64,000 nucleotides of DNA from an uncultured Opitutaceae bacterium (GTDB taxonomy: Bacteria > Verrucomicrobiota > Verrucomicrobiia > Opitutales > Opitutaceae). Shown here piece by piece: positions 33,037-51,051 of the stretch. Within the stretch, counting starts at the first letter, position 1, and every line of letters starts with the position of its first letter. Location of the stretch: the NCBI GenBank assembly GCA_903862595.1, contig CAIOYO010000092.1, positions 588 through 64,587 on the forward strand, read 5' to 3'. The notes beneath the pieces were generated by a model, which saw only the letters and a list, made by a program, of their open reading frames with translations, was not told the DNA's origin and ran no database searches. The position numbers and the translations under genes are program-made.

Positions 33037-33162
33037 GGTTGCTTGAGGGATTCCCCGTGAGGGGCGACAGCAGCGGCACCGGAACGGTGACCACCCTGCC
33101 CTTTTTTGATGGGATGATACGGGTCGGTAAGGACGATGAGGAAAAGGACAGCCGGAACGGGA

Positions 33163-33441
33163 TCAGACTTCCTTGCGGGTCATACCGCCGTGCGACTTGA
33201 AGATGCGCGTCGGGGCGAACTCGCCGAGCTTATGACCAACCATATTCTCGGTCACGTAAACGGCGACGAAAGCCTTGCCGTTATGGACGTTGAACGTGAG
33301 CCCGATGAAGTCGGGCGTGATGGTCGAACGGCGGGACCACGTCTGGATGGGCTTCTTCGTGCCGCCAGACTTGGACGCCTTCTCGATCTTCTCGAGCAGG
33401 TGGTAGTCGACGAAAAAGCCTTTTTTGATGGAGCGGGCCAT
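33163..33441 (-). CDS. rpsS: 30S ribosomal protein S19
   Basis: [19 protein letters not shown]..., [17 protein letters not shown]. Confidence 0.96.
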   Translation of the reverse strand: MARSIKKGFFVDYHLLEKIEKASKSGGTKKPIQTWSRRSTITPDFIGLTFNVHNGKAFVAVYVTENMVGHKLGEFAPTRIFKSHGGMTRKEV

Positions 33442-33456
33442 GATGGAAAAGAGCGA

Positions 33457-34332
33457 TTACTTCCGGTTGCGGGGCGGACGGCCGTTGTGACGGACGAGGA
33501 TCTGACTGCTGGAGGTCTTGGAGCGACGACGCGTCGGGAAGCCCTTGGCGAGCTGACCCCACGGGGACACCAGCTGCTGGCGACCACCACCACCCTTGGA
33601 CTTACCCTGACCACCACCGTTCGGGTGGTCGACCGGGTTCATCGCCATACCGCGCACGCGCGGGCGGCGACCGAGCCAACGGTTGCGACCGGCCTTGCCG
33701 AGCGACTCATTGGCGTGATCTCCATTGCCCACCGCACCGATCGTGGCACGGCAATTCGGGCTGAGGAGACGGATTTCACCGGAAGGCATCTTCAACTGCG
33801 CGACGCCATTCTCGACCGCCACGAGGACGATGGAGGTGCCGGCGGTGCGGGCCAGCTTTGCTCCACGACCCGGCACCAGCTCCACGCAGTGCAGCGCGGT
33901 GGACGGCGGGATCAGGCTCAGCGGGAAGTTGTTTCCGACGAGGAAGTCATTCGTCGTCGCCTTGTTGGAGGTGACGATGGTGGTTCCGACCTCAAGGCCC
34001 TTCGGGGCGATGATGTAGCGCTTCTCGGCCGAGGCGTCCTGGTACTGGACCAAGGCGATGTGGGCCGTGCGATTGGGATCGTACTCGAGCGCGATCACCT
34101 TCGCCGGCACGTCGAGCTTGTCGGCGCGCTTGAAGTCGATGATGCGATAGAGCTGCTTGTGACCGCCGCCGCGGCGACGCGACGTGACGCGACCATAGAC
34201 GTTGCGCCCGCCGGTCTTCGGCTTCGGCTCGGTCAGGGCGCGCTCGGGGCGCTTCTTGCTCAGGCCCGTGGGGCTGTTGAGCAGCGTGAAGCGCTGGGCG
34301 GGGGTCAGGGGACGAAAAGGTTTCAGAGCCAT
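33457..34332 (-). CDS. rplB: 50S ribosomal protein L2
   Basis: GGRNVYGRVTSRRRGGGHK..., MNPVDHPNGGGQGKS. Confidence 0.97.
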   Translation of the reverse strand: MALKPFRPLTPAQRFTLLNSPTGLSKKRPERALTEPKPKTGGRNVYGRVTSRRRGGGHKQLYRIIDFKRADKLDVPAKVIALEYDPNRTAHIALVQYQDASAEKRYIIAPKGLEVGTTIVTSNKATTNDFLVGNNFPLSLIPPSTALHCVELVPGRGAKLARTAGTSIVLVAVENGVAQLKMPSGEIRLLSPNCRATIGAVGNGDHANESLGKAGRNRWLGRRPRVRGMAMNPVDHPNGGGQGKSKGGGGRQQLVSPWGQLAKGFPTRRRSKTSSSQILVRHNGRPPRNRK

Positions 34333-34363
34333 GGTGGTATTCTCCGGTGTTCGGCGAGCGCGC

Positions 34364-34645
34364 TTAGACGAGCTCGATCTTGTCGCCGGCCTTGAGGGTC
34401 ACGATCGCCTTCTTGTAGTCGGAGGTCGTGCTCGGGCGGCCGGTGCGGCTGCGCTTGTTCTTGCCGCGGTAATTCTGGACGTTCACGCGCGTCACCTTGA
34501 CCTTGAACGTCTGCTCGACGGCTTGGCGCACGGCGCCCTTGGTCGCGTTGGGGGCGACCTCGAACGTGTACTGTCCGAGATCCGCCGAGGCCTGGGTCGC
34601 CTTCTCGGTCAGACGAAGGAGTTTGAGAGTCTGGAGGGCGTTCAT
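34364..34645 (-). CDS. rplW: 50S ribosomal protein L23
   Basis: 93 aa. FEVAPNATKGAVRQAVEQTFKVKVTRVN... and its position between rplD and rplB. Confidence 0.93.
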   Translation of the reverse strand: MNALQTLKLLRLTEKATQASADLGQYTFEVAPNATKGAVRQAVEQTFKVKVTRVNVQNYRGKNKRSRTGRPSTTSDYKKAIVTLKAGDKIELV

Positions 34646-34646
34646 C

Positions 34647-35282
34647 TTAGTTCTGAGCTCCGTTGACGCGGGCGAGGATGGCCTTGAGGGCGGCCGAGCT
34701 AACGATGATCTTCTTGTACTGCGCGAGATCCAGCGCGTTCAGCTTCGCGGCCTCCTGAAGGGAGACGCGGGCGAGATTGCGGGCCGCCCGGGCGGTTTCA
34801 GCCGAGAACGGAGCGTCGACGAGGAGCAGTTTGCCCTTCGGCTCGATGCGATTGACGATGGTGTTCACCTGACGCGTCTTCGCCTGCGGCAGGGCCACGG
34901 ACTCGATGACGACGAGTTCGCCGGCCGAGGCGCGATCGAACAGCGCGCGGCTGAACGCGAGTGAACTGACCTTGTGGTTGATCTTCTTCGAGAAGTCGCG
35001 CGGACGCGGGCCGAAGACAACGCCACCGCCGACCCAAAGGGGCGAGCGAATGGAGCCGGCACGGGCGCGACCGGTGCCCTTCTGGCGCCACGGCTTCTTG
35101 CCGCCGCCGGACACCTCACCGCGGGTCTTGGTCGAGCGCGTGCCCTGGCGCTGGTTAGCGCGAATGGCAACGATCACTTCCTTGAGCGCCTGAAGGCCCT
35201 TGTCGCCTTCAAAGACGGGGAGATTCGGAAAGTCCTCATCGCGGCTCGACGAGGCGTCGGGACTGTAAACTTTGAGCTTCAT
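34647..35282 (-). CDS. rplD: 50S ribosomal protein L4
   Basis: [29 protein letters not shown]. Confidence 0.95.
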   Translation of the reverse strand: MKLKVYSPDASSSRDEDFPNLPVFEGDKGLQALKEVIVAIRANQRQGTRSTKTRGEVSGGGKKPWRQKGTGRARAGSIRSPLWVGGGVVFGPRPRDFSKKINHKVSSLAFSRALFDRASAGELVVIESVALPQAKTRQVNTIVNRIEPKGKLLLVDAPFSAETARAARNLARVSLQEAAKLNALDLAQYKKIIVSSAALKAILARVNGAQN

Positions 35283-35300
35283 TGCTGGGGATCCTCTCGA

Positions 35301-35954
35301 TTAGGCGCTGGCCTTGGGCTGGCCCTTGATCGCGGTACGGACGATCACGTCGTCCCCGTTGGCGCCGGGAATGGCGCCCTTCACGAGCAGCAGGTTCTTC
35401 TCGGGAAGGACCTTCACGACTCGGAGGTTTTGCACGGTGCGACGATCGCCGCCCATGTGACCAGGCATCGCCTGGTTCTTCCACGACCGGCCAGGCGTCT
35501 GGCGCATGCCGATGGAGCCGATGCGTCGATGGAACATCGAGCCGTGGGAGGCGGGACCGCCCGCGACGCGGAAACGGCGAACGACACCCTGGAAGCCCTT
35601 GCCCTTGGTGATGCCGATGACGTCCACGAACTGGCCTTCCTTGAAGGTCTCAACCGTGACGACGTCACCCTGCTTCAGGGCGGACTTGCTCTCGAGGCGA
35701 ACCTCGGAGAGCACGCGGGGCGTGGTTTCAAGACCAGCCTTCTTTGCATGCGCGGACTCGCCCTTGGAGGCGTTCTTGTCCTTGCGCTTCGAGAAGCCGA
35801 TCTGGACTGCGTCGTAACCGTCGTTCTCGACGGTCTTGACTTGGACCACTGAACAGGGTCCGGCTTCGACGACGGTGACGGGGACCAAGACGTTTTGAGC
35901 GTCGTAGACCTGCGTCATTCCGAGTTTGGTGCCAATAAGTGTGCTGATTGACAT
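35301..35954 (-). CDS. rplC: 50S ribosomal protein L3
   Basis: LIGTKLGMTQVYD..., TKGKGFQGVVRR..., GHMG. Confidence 0.96.
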   Translation of the reverse strand: MSISTLIGTKLGMTQVYDAQNVLVPVTVVEAGPCSVVQVKTVENDGYDAVQIGFSKRKDKNASKGESAHAKKAGLETTPRVLSEVRLESKSALKQGDVVTVETFKEGQFVDVIGITKGKGFQGVVRRFRVAGGPASHGSMFHRRIGSIGMRQTPGRSWKNQAMPGHMGGDRRTVQNLRVVKVLPEKNLLLVKGAIPGANGDDVIVRTAIKGQPKASA

Positions 35955-36062
35955 GGGCTAAGTGGTAGGTGGAGGGTTTCCGTTTGGAGACCTACATTAG
36001 CGATTCTCTCCTCGCCGGAGAGAGTGGCCGCTAGACTGTGGGTTAAAGGATGTTCCGGGTGC

Positions 36063-36371
36063 TCAAACGTTGATGGTGATGTCGACGCCGGACGGGAGGT
36101 TCAGCTTCTTGAGCTCGTCGACCGTCTGGGCCGTCGGCTCGATGATGTCGATCAGGCGCTTGTGAGTGCGCGTCTCGAACTGCTCCATCGACTTCTTGTC
36201 GACGTGCGGTGAACGATTGACCGAGAGCTTGTCGATGCGCGTCGGCAGCGGGATCGGACCCGACACGCGGGCGCCCGAACGTTTGGCGGTCTCGACGATC
36301 TCGAGGGCGGACTGATCGATGACGCGATAGTCGAAACCCTGGAGCTTGATGCGAATGCGTTGGCCTTTCAT
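36063..36371 (-). CDS. rpsJ: 30S ribosomal protein S10
   Basis: [41 protein letters not shown]. Starts 15 nt after the fusA stop. Confidence 0.96.
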   Translation of the reverse strand: MKGQRIRIKLQGFDYRVIDQSALEIVETAKRSGARVSGPIPLPTRIDKLSVNRSPHVDKKSMEQFETRTHKRLIDIIEPTAQTVDELKKLNLPSGVDITINV

Positions 36372-36386
36372 GGCGTAAGTCGGAGG

Positions 36387-38573
36387 TTAGGTGCGCGCCG
36401 GCGCCTTGGGGGAAGCCTCGACGATCTTCTGCAGCAGGGCATTGGGGACCTGCTCGAAGTGCGAGGGCGTGATCGAGGCGCTTGCGCGCCCCTTGGAAAG
36501 AGAACGGATGTCCGTGACGTAGCCGAACAGGGTCTCGAGCGGAACGGCTGCGGTGACGATGCACGCGCCGGCCTTGTTCTCCATACCCTGAATCGTGCCG
36601 CGACGACGATTGATGTCGCCCATCAGATCGCCCTGGTATTCCTCGGGCGTCGTGAGCTCCACGGCCATGATCGGCTCGAGGAGGATCGGCTTGGCCTTCT
36701 TCATCGCCTCCTTGAAGGCGAAGATGCCCGCCATCTTGAACGCGAGCTCCGACGAGTCGACCTCGTGGAACGAGCCATCGACAATACGAATGATCGCGTC
36801 GACCGTCGGATATCCAGCGACGACGCCATTGTTGGTACCCTCGAGGATACCATCTGTGGCCGGCTTGATGAATTCCTTCGGAATCGCGCCGCCAACGACC
36901 TCGTTGACGACCTCGATGCCCTTGCCCTTCTCGTTCGGCTCGATCTTGACGACGACGTGGCCGTACTGGCCCTTACCGCCGGACTGGCGGATGAACTTGC
37001 CCTCGGCGTCGGCAGGAGTCGTGACCGTCTCGCGGTACGCGATCTGCGGCTTGCCAGCGGTGGCCTCCACCTTGAACTCGCGCTTCATCCGGTCGCGGAT
37101 GATGTCGAGGTGAAGTTCGCCCATGCCGGCGAGAATGACTTGGCCCGTATCCGGATCGGTCGAGACGCGGAGCGTCGGATCTTCGGCCACGAGACGCTGG
37201 AGCGCGGTGCCCATCTTCTCTTGGTCAGCCTTCGAATTGGGTTCGATGGACATCGCGATAACCGGGTCCGGGAAGGACGGCGGCTCGAGGCGGATGTCGT
37301 AATCTTCGTGGGAAAGGGTGTCACCGGTGATGACATCCTTCACGCCGACGAGGGCGCAGATGTCGCCAGCGTAGGCGATGTCGATTTCCTCGCGCTCGAT
37401 GGCGCGCATGAGCACCAAGCGTGACACGCGCTCGGTACGCCGCGTGCGCGGATTGTACAGCGACATGCCCTTGGTGATCGTTCCCGTGTAGACGCGGAAG
37501 AACACCAGCTTGCCCACGAACGGATCGCTCCAGAGCTTGAACGCGAGGCCGGCGAGCTTCGACTTGTCGTCGACTCGGGCTTCGACCTCTTGGCCGTCCG
37601 AGTTCTGGCCCTTCATCGGGGGAACGTCGATCGGGCTCGGGAGATAGTTCACCACGCAGTCGAGGAGGCGCTGCACGCCCTTCTTCTTAAAAGCGGAGCC
37701 GGGAATCACACCCGTGAACTGGAGGGAGATGGTCGCCTTGCGGACGCCAAGCATGAGCTCGTCCACCGTGATCTCCTCGCCGCCGAGGTACTTCTCAGCG
37801 ATCACGTCGTCAAAGTCGGATACCGCCTCGATCAAGTGGTCGCGGTACTCCTTGGCCTGTGCAGCATACTCAGCCGGGATGGGGCTCGTGACCGGAGTCA
37901 TGCCGAGCGGATCCGTCGTCTCGTCGAAAATGTAGGCGATCTGCTGAACGAGATCGATGACGCCGCTGAAGTTCTCCTCCTTGCCGATCGGGATGAACAG
38001 CGGGTGGGCGTTCGCCTTGAGCTTCTCGCGCATCTCGGAGACCGCGCGGAAGAAGTCGGCACCGGTGCGGTCCATCTTGTTGATGAACGCGACGCGGGGA
38101 ACGCGGTACTTGTTGGCTTGGCGCCAGACCGTCTCGGACTGGGGCTGCACGCCGGCGACCGCGCAGAACACGGCGACCGCGCCGTCGAGCACGCGCAGCG
38201 AGCGCTCCACCTCGGCGGTGAAGTCAACGTGTCCCGGAGTATCAATGATGTTGATACGCTGCTTGATGCCCTTCCAAGGGCCGCAGGAAGCGTTCCAAGC
38301 GCAGGAAATGGCGGCGGCGGTGATCGTGATGCCACGCTCGCGCTCCTGCTCCATCCAATCGGTCACGGTCGACCCCTCGTGCACCTCGCCCATCTTGTGG
38401 ACGGAGCCCGAATAGAAAAGGATGCGCTCGGTCGTCGTCGTCTTGCCCGCATCGATGTGCGCGGCAATTCCGATGTTCCGGGTCCACTCCAGCGGGAACG
38501 GCCGATTCGGCGAGTTCACCGGAGCAAACTGGGACTTTTCAGTGACGATCTTGAGATCGGAGGAAGCGGACAT
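36387..38573 (-). CDS. fusA: translation elongation factor G
   Basis: Internal ATG at 38573 of track ORF 36387..38618. RNIGIAAHIDAGKTTTTERILFYSG, DTPGHVDF, NKMD. An alternative GTG at 38519 would remove an unusual ~20-aa N-terminal extension. Confidence 0.96.
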   Translation of the reverse strand: MSASSDLKIVTEKSQFAPVNSPNRPFPLEWTRNIGIAAHIDAGKTTTTERILFYSGSVHKMGEVHEGSTVTDWMEQERERGITITAAAISCAWNASCGPWKGIKQRINIIDTPGHVDFTAEVERSLRVLDGAVAVFCAVAGVQPQSETVWRQANKYRVPRVAFINKMDRTGADFFRAVSEMREKLKANAHPLFIPIGKEENFSGVIDLVQQIAYIFDETTDPLGMTPVTSPIPAEYAAQAKEYRDHLIEAVSDFDDVIAEKYLGGEEITVDELMLGVRKATISLQFTGVIPGSAFKKKGVQRLLDCVVNYLPSPIDVPPMKGQNSDGQEVEARVDDKSKLAGLAFKLWSDPFVGKLVFFRVYTGTITKGMSLYNPRTRRTERVSRLVLMRAIEREEIDIAYAGDICALVGVKDVITGDTLSHEDYDIRLEPPSFPDPVIAMSIEPNSKADQEKMGTALQRLVAEDPTLRVSTDPDTGQVILAGMGELHLDIIRDRMKREFKVEATAGKPQIAYRETVTTPADAEGKFIRQSGGKGQYGHVVVKIEPNEKGKGIEVVNEVVGGAIPKEFIKPATDGILEGTNNGVVAGYPTVDAIIRIVDGSFHEVDSSELAFKMAGIFAFKEAMKKAKPILLEPIMAVELTTPEEYQGDLMGDINRRRGTIQGMENKAGACIVTAAVPLETLFGYVTDIRSLSKGRASASITPSHFEQVPNALLQKIVEASPKAPART

Positions 38574-38592
38574 GGTATCGCGACGAACTGTA

Positions 38593-39066
38593 TTACCAGC
38601 GGAGGTGGGCGAAGGCACGGTTGGCCTGCGCCATCTTGTGCGTGTCTTCCTTCTTCTTCACAACCGAGCCAGTGTTGTTGTAGGCATCGACGATCTCCGC
38701 GGCGAGCGCATCGCGCATCGGCACGCCCTTGCGGGTGCCGGCGGCGGTGACGATCCAGCGAAGGGCCAGGCTCTCCTGGCGCTCGAAAGAAATTTCCACC
38801 GGCACCTGATAGGTGGCGCCACCGACGCGGCGGCTCTTCACCTCAAGACGCGGACGGGCATTTTCCATGGCGCCGATCAGCAGATCGACGGGATCGCCCT
38901 TTTCCAGCTTCTCGGAAACCTTTTCGAACGCGCCGTAAACGATGCGCTCAGCGAGATTCTTCTTCCCGCTCTTCATGACCACATGAACAAGATGCGCCAC
39001 CAGCGGGCTCTTGTAGCGGATGTCCGGTTCAATCGTGCGTTTGTCGGCTCTGTGACGGCGTGACAT
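38593..39066 (-). CDS. rpsG: 30S ribosomal protein S7
   Basis: MSRRHRADKRTIEPDIRYKSPLVAHLVHVVMKSGKK... Confidence 0.96.
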   Translation of the reverse strand: MSRRHRADKRTIEPDIRYKSPLVAHLVHVVMKSGKKNLAERIVYGAFEKVSEKLEKGDPVDLLIGAMENARPRLEVKSRRVGGATYQVPVEISFERQESLALRWIVTAAGTRKGVPMRDALAAEIVDAYNNTGSVVKKKEDTHKMAQANRAFAHLRW

Positions 39067-39094
39067 GGTAGGAGTGCGTCGTTCCTGAGGTTAA

Positions 39095-39478
39095 TTAGGC
39101 CTTCGCGGCCTTCGGGCGCTTGACGCCATACTTCGAGCGGCTGCGACGGCGCTTCTCGACACCAGTTGCGTCGAGCGTGCCGCGCACGATGTGGTAACGG
39201 ACGCCGGGAAGATCCTTCACGCGGCCACCGCGCACGAGCACGATGGAGTGCTCCTGAAGGTTATGACCTTCGTCAGGAATGTACGAAATGACTTCGTTGC
39301 CGTTGGTCAGGCGAACCTTGGCGACCTTACGGATCGCGGAATTGGGCTTCTTCGGGGTGCGGGTCATGACCTGCACGCAGACGCCGCGGCGGAAGGGGTT
39401 GCCCGCAAGCGCCGGGGACTTGGACTTCGCCCGGATGTTGCGGCGGCCCTTGCGCACGAGTTGGTTGATGGTCGGCAT
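39095..39478 (-). CDS. rpsL: 30S ribosomal protein S12
   Basis: Internal ATG at 39478 of track ORF 39095..39874. [13 protein letters not shown]..., [19 protein letters not shown]. Confidence 0.97.
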   Translation of the reverse strand: MPTINQLVRKGRRNIRAKSKSPALAGNPFRRGVCVQVMTRTPKKPNSAIRKVAKVRLTNGNEVISYIPDEGHNLQEHSIVLVRGGRVKDLPGVRYHIVRGTLDATGVEKRRRSRSKYGVKRPKAAKA

Positions 39479-39661
39479 ACGAAATGGTGTGTCTCGGAAG
39501 TGGCGAAAAGACGCGGAAACTAGCAACGAGCCCCCCCTCGGCAAGCAGAAACTCGAAGATTGTTGCAGGAACCCGCTTTTCCCGACGCACGAAGCGCTTC
39601 CATCAGAAAAAAACCGGGCAATAGAGCGAAGCGCGAGCGTGGTTGAGAGAGAGGCCCCGGC

Positions 39662-39694
39662 AAAAAAATCGCCCGGCCTTTGCGGACCGGGCGA
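39662..39694 (-). terminator. strong rho-independent terminator in the rpoC-rpsL spacer (second of two)
   Basis: 8-bp GC stem TCGCCCGG/CCGGGCGA (39669-39676 / 39687-39694), followed on the minus strand by TTTTTTT (plus-strand A7 at 39662-39668). Confidence 0.75.
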
Positions 39695-39862
39695 ATAACA
39701 ACTTGGAGCTAGGCTCAACAAGTCGTTTTGGCGGGAGGGATCGACAGCACACCGAAGCCGCACGTCGTACGCAAGACCTTTCTGCCGCGAATTCGGGGCC
39801 GCGATGCCCTCCCCTGGGCCCTCCCGTTCGATCGTTTTCGCCCTGCCTAGGGCTCCCGTGCT

Positions 39863-39903
39863 CCGAAAACGCAAACTGGCCGCATTCGTGAGAATGCGGC
39901 CAG
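39863..39903 (-). terminator. rho-independent terminator downstream of rpoC (first of two)
   Basis: Perfect 12-bp stem CTGGCCGCATTC/GAATGCGGCCAG (39876-39887 / 39892-39903) with a 4-nt loop, followed on the minus strand by TTTGCGTTTTCGG. Confidence 0.8.
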
Positions 39904-39945
39904 TCGATCGGCTCGGAGTTCGCAGGAGTCCTGCCCGCGGATCGC

Positions 39946-44094
<4,149 letters not shown>

Positions 44095-44150
44095 GGGAGG
44101 GACGCTGACGTGAAAGGATGCGGGACGGGTTCGGGCGATGGGTGGATGGC

Positions 44151-47945
<3,795 letters not shown>

Positions 47946-48057
47946 GGGAATTCCCGGATGTATGACGAAACGGCTGGACGGTCACCGGACGGGGCTTCGC
48001 CCGGAGACAAGGAGCGACGGACTTGCACGGCGGGGGGCCGCGCTCGTCCTCAACGGA

Positions 48058-48113
48058 AAAAGAACAGAAAAATCAAAGGCAAAGGACAGGCTGCGCCGAA
48101 ACGCAGCCTGTCC
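48058..48113 (-). terminator. terminator/attenuator between rplL and rpoB
   Basis: Perfect 12-bp stem GGACAGGCTGCG/CGCAGCCTGTCC (48084-48095 / 48102-48113), followed on the minus strand by the T-rich run TTTGCCTTTGATTTTTCTGTTCTTTTTCC. The position matches the classical rplL-rpoB attenuator. Confidence 0.75.
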
Positions 48114-48157
48114 CGAAAAATTTGGCGCCTGGATGAGACAGGAGGCCAAGCGGCTGC

Positions 48158-48541
48158 TTACTTGAGCTGAACCTTCGCTCCGGCCGCCTCGAGCTTCTTC
48201 TTGATTTCCTCGGCTTCGGCCTTGGCGACGTTCTCCTTGACGGGCTTCGGGGCGCCGTCGACGAGATCCTTGGCTTCCTTGAGGCCGAGGCCGGTGACCG
48301 CGCGCACTTCCTTGATGACGCCAATCTTGTTGGCGCCCGCATCGGCGAGGACGACGGTGAACTCGGTCTGCTCAATCGCAGCGGCCGCCGGAGCGGCGCC
48401 GCCAGCGGCCGGAGCCGCGGCTACTGCCGCCGCTGCCGAGACGCCCCACTTGGCTTCGAGGTCCTTGACGAGGGCCGCGAGTTCGAGAATCGACTGGCCG
48501 GACAGCCACTCGATGACTTGGTCTTTGGTGATGTTGCTCAT
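48158..48541 (-). CDS. rplL: 50S ribosomal protein L7/L12
   Basis: N-terminal dimerisation helix, Ala-rich hinge, C-terminal domain [35 protein letters not shown]. Confidence 0.96.
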   Translation of the reverse strand: MSNITKDQVIEWLSGQSILELAALVKDLEAKWGVSAAAAVAAAPAAGGAAPAAAAIEQTEFTVVLADAGANKIGVIKEVRAVTGLGLKEAKDLVDGAPKPVKENVAKAEAEEIKKKLEAAGAKVQLK

Positions 48542-48689
48542 GGTGTACTCCTGAGGCGCCTAGCGGACCGGGGACGGTCTCGTTTAAGAGACGTATCTCC
48601 TAGGCGACCTCTTGGGTTGTTTCCCGGGCGGCGGAACCCGAAGGCTCGCCCACCCGAAAAGGGATGGGAATCGTGGGTGAACAGGCGGC

Positions 48690-49178
48690 TTAGGCCGCCG
48701 GGGTCTCCTTCTTGACCTTGGCGTCGAGGACGCGGACGAAGGCTCCACCGGCGCTGGTGAGCAGGCCGAGGAACTGCGAGCGCAAGGCACCGAAGGACGG
48801 GAGGTCAGCGATCTGCGACCACTCGGCGGCCGACATGACCTTGCGGTCGAGAATGCCGGTCTTCACCGCGAGCTTCTTCTTCTCTTCGATGAAGTGCTTG
48901 AGGACCTTGGCGACGCCGGCCGGGTTCTTTCCGCCGACCACGATCGCGGTCGGACCGGTCAGGCCAGCATCCACGTCGGGCAGACCCAGCACCTTGGCGG
49001 CGACGCGCAGGGAGCTGTTTTTGACAACGTGATACTCAGCGCTCTCGCCGGCCAGGCGGGAACGGAGCTCGGCCACGTCGGCTACGGACAACGACGCGAA
49101 ATTCGCGAGGATGACGTAGTCGCTCTTCTTCAGATGGGTTTCGACCTCGGTGATGAGGTACTTCTTTTCGGCTCTCAT
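48690..49178 (-). CDS. rplJ: 50S ribosomal protein L10
   Basis: 162 aa in the L10 position between rplA and rplL. ...VILANFASLSVADVAELRSRL... Starts only 17 nt after the rplA stop. Confidence 0.93.
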   Translation of the reverse strand: MRAEKKYLITEVETHLKKSDYVILANFASLSVADVAELRSRLAGESAEYHVVKNSSLRVAAKVLGLPDVDAGLTGPTAIVVGGKNPAGVAKVLKHFIEEKKKLAVKTGILDRKVMSAAEWSQIADLPSFGALRSQFLGLLTSAGGAFVRVLDAKVKKETPAA

Positions 49179-49195
49179 GGGTGGCGAGGCTCCGG

Positions 49196-49894
<699 letters not shown>

Positions 49895-49953
49895 GTGGAC
49901 TCCTTGCGGTGCGAACGTCCGGGGGGACTCCCGCGTTGAGTGGGTGTTGAAGG

Positions 49954-49975
49954 GGGCCGGACACCTATCCGGCCC
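49954..49975 (-). promoter_or_regulatory. stable GC hairpin in the rplK-rplA spacer (possible regulatory/processing structure)
   Basis: Perfect 8-bp stem GGGCCGGA/TCCGGCCC with a 6-nt loop. No U-tract follows on either strand, so it is not a canonical terminator. Confidence 0.3.
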
Positions 49976-49990
49976 GAAAAGGGACGGAGA

Positions 49991-50416
49991 TTAGTCGACG
50001 ACCTCGATGCCCATGTTGCGGGCAGTTCCGGCGATCACCTTGATGCCGGCGGCTTCGTCCTTCGCGTTCATGTCCTTCGCCTTGATCTTCCAGATCTCGG
50101 CGAGCTGCTTGCGGGTGACCTTGCCGACCTTGTCTTGGTTCGGCTTGGCGGAACCGGAGGCGATGTTCGCGGCCTTCTTCAGGAGCACGGACGCCGGCGG
50201 CGACTTGAGGATGAACGTGAAGCTCTTGTCCGAATAGACGGTGATGACCACCGGCAGGATCATGCCGTTCTGGTCCTTGGTCCGTGCATTGAACTCCTTA
50301 CAGAACGCCATGATGTTCACGCCTTGGGCACCGAGAGCGGGGCCGACGGGCGGGGCGGGGTTTGCAGCCCCGGCGGGCAGTTGGAGACGGACGTAGCCTT
50401 GGATCTTCTTGGCCAT
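49991..50416 (-). CDS. rplK: 50S ribosomal protein L11
   Basis: [34 protein letters not shown]. Confidence 0.96.
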   Translation of the reverse strand: MAKKIQGYVRLQLPAGAANPAPPVGPALGAQGVNIMAFCKEFNARTKDQNGMILPVVITVYSDKSFTFILKSPPASVLLKKAANIASGSAKPNQDKVGKVTRKQLAEIWKIKAKDMNAKDEAAGIKVIAGTARNMGIEVVD

Positions 50417-50462
50417 GGAGGGAAAAGGTCAGAGGTTAGTGATGAAAAGGGAGGAAAAACAG

Positions 50463-51041
50463 TTACTCGGTCATGCGCTGGACCTGCCAGTACTCGAGCT
50501 CGACCGGAGTGAAACGGCCGAAGATGGAGACGGAGATCTTGAGCTTGCCGCGATCGGGATCGATCTCGTCGATGCGACCGGTCAGATTGGCGAACGCGCC
50601 GTCGGTGACCTTGACCTCCTCACCGACCTCATACTGCACCTTCGGCACTTCCTTGCCGGAGGCGGCCTCAATGCGGGCGCGGATTTCGTCGATCTCGGCT
50701 TGGCGCAGTGCGGCAGGACGCTCGCCACCGACGAAGCCGATCACGCCGGCGACCTCCTTGACGAAGTACCACGGGCGGTTGATCACCTTCCCGTCCCCGT
50801 CGTAGAGGCTCATGTGAATGAAGACGTAGCCCGGATAGAGCTTGCGCGTCTTCGTCGTCTTCTTGCCGCCCTTGACCTCGGACACGATCTCGGTGGGCAG
50901 CAGCACCTCGAAGATGCTGTCGTCCAGCTCCTCGGCCTTCTTGAATTTCTCAATGTACGTCTTCACCTTGCCCTCCTGACCGGAGAGCGTGTGCAACGCG
51001 AACCACTGGGCGCCGGGAGGCGCGGACGTTGGGGCGGACAT
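50463..51041 (-). CDS. nusG: transcription termination/antitermination factor NusG
   Basis: WFALHTLSGQEGKV (NGN domain) and a C-terminal KOW (VGEEVKVTDGAFANLTGRIDEID). The track start at 51059 is TTG; ATG at 51041 lies 10 nt after the secE stop. Confidence 0.94.
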   Translation of the reverse strand: MSAPTSAPPGAQWFALHTLSGQEGKVKTYIEKFKKAEELDDSIFEVLLPTEIVSEVKGGKKTTKTRKLYPGYVFIHMSLYDGDGKVINRPWYFVKEVAGVIGFVGGERPAALRQAEIDEIRARIEAASGKEVPKVQYEVGEEVKVTDGAFANLTGRIDEIDPDRGKLKISVSIFGRFTPVELEYWQVQRMTE

Positions 51042-51051
51042 GGCGGGGGGC

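Noticed and set aside
39095-39874. 259-aa ORF extending rpsL upstream through the rpoC-rpsL spacer
   Set aside because: The extension runs through an intrinsic terminator (39662-39694), ending just below the second (39863-39903), and has no coding signature. S12 starts at the internal ATG at 39478 ([11 protein letters not shown]...).
39643-39891. 82-aa plus-strand ORF in the rpoC-rpsL spacer as a possible small protein
   Set aside because: It is low-complexity (Arg/Pro/Ser/Gly-rich), spans the two minus-strand terminator hairpins, and has no start context or domain.
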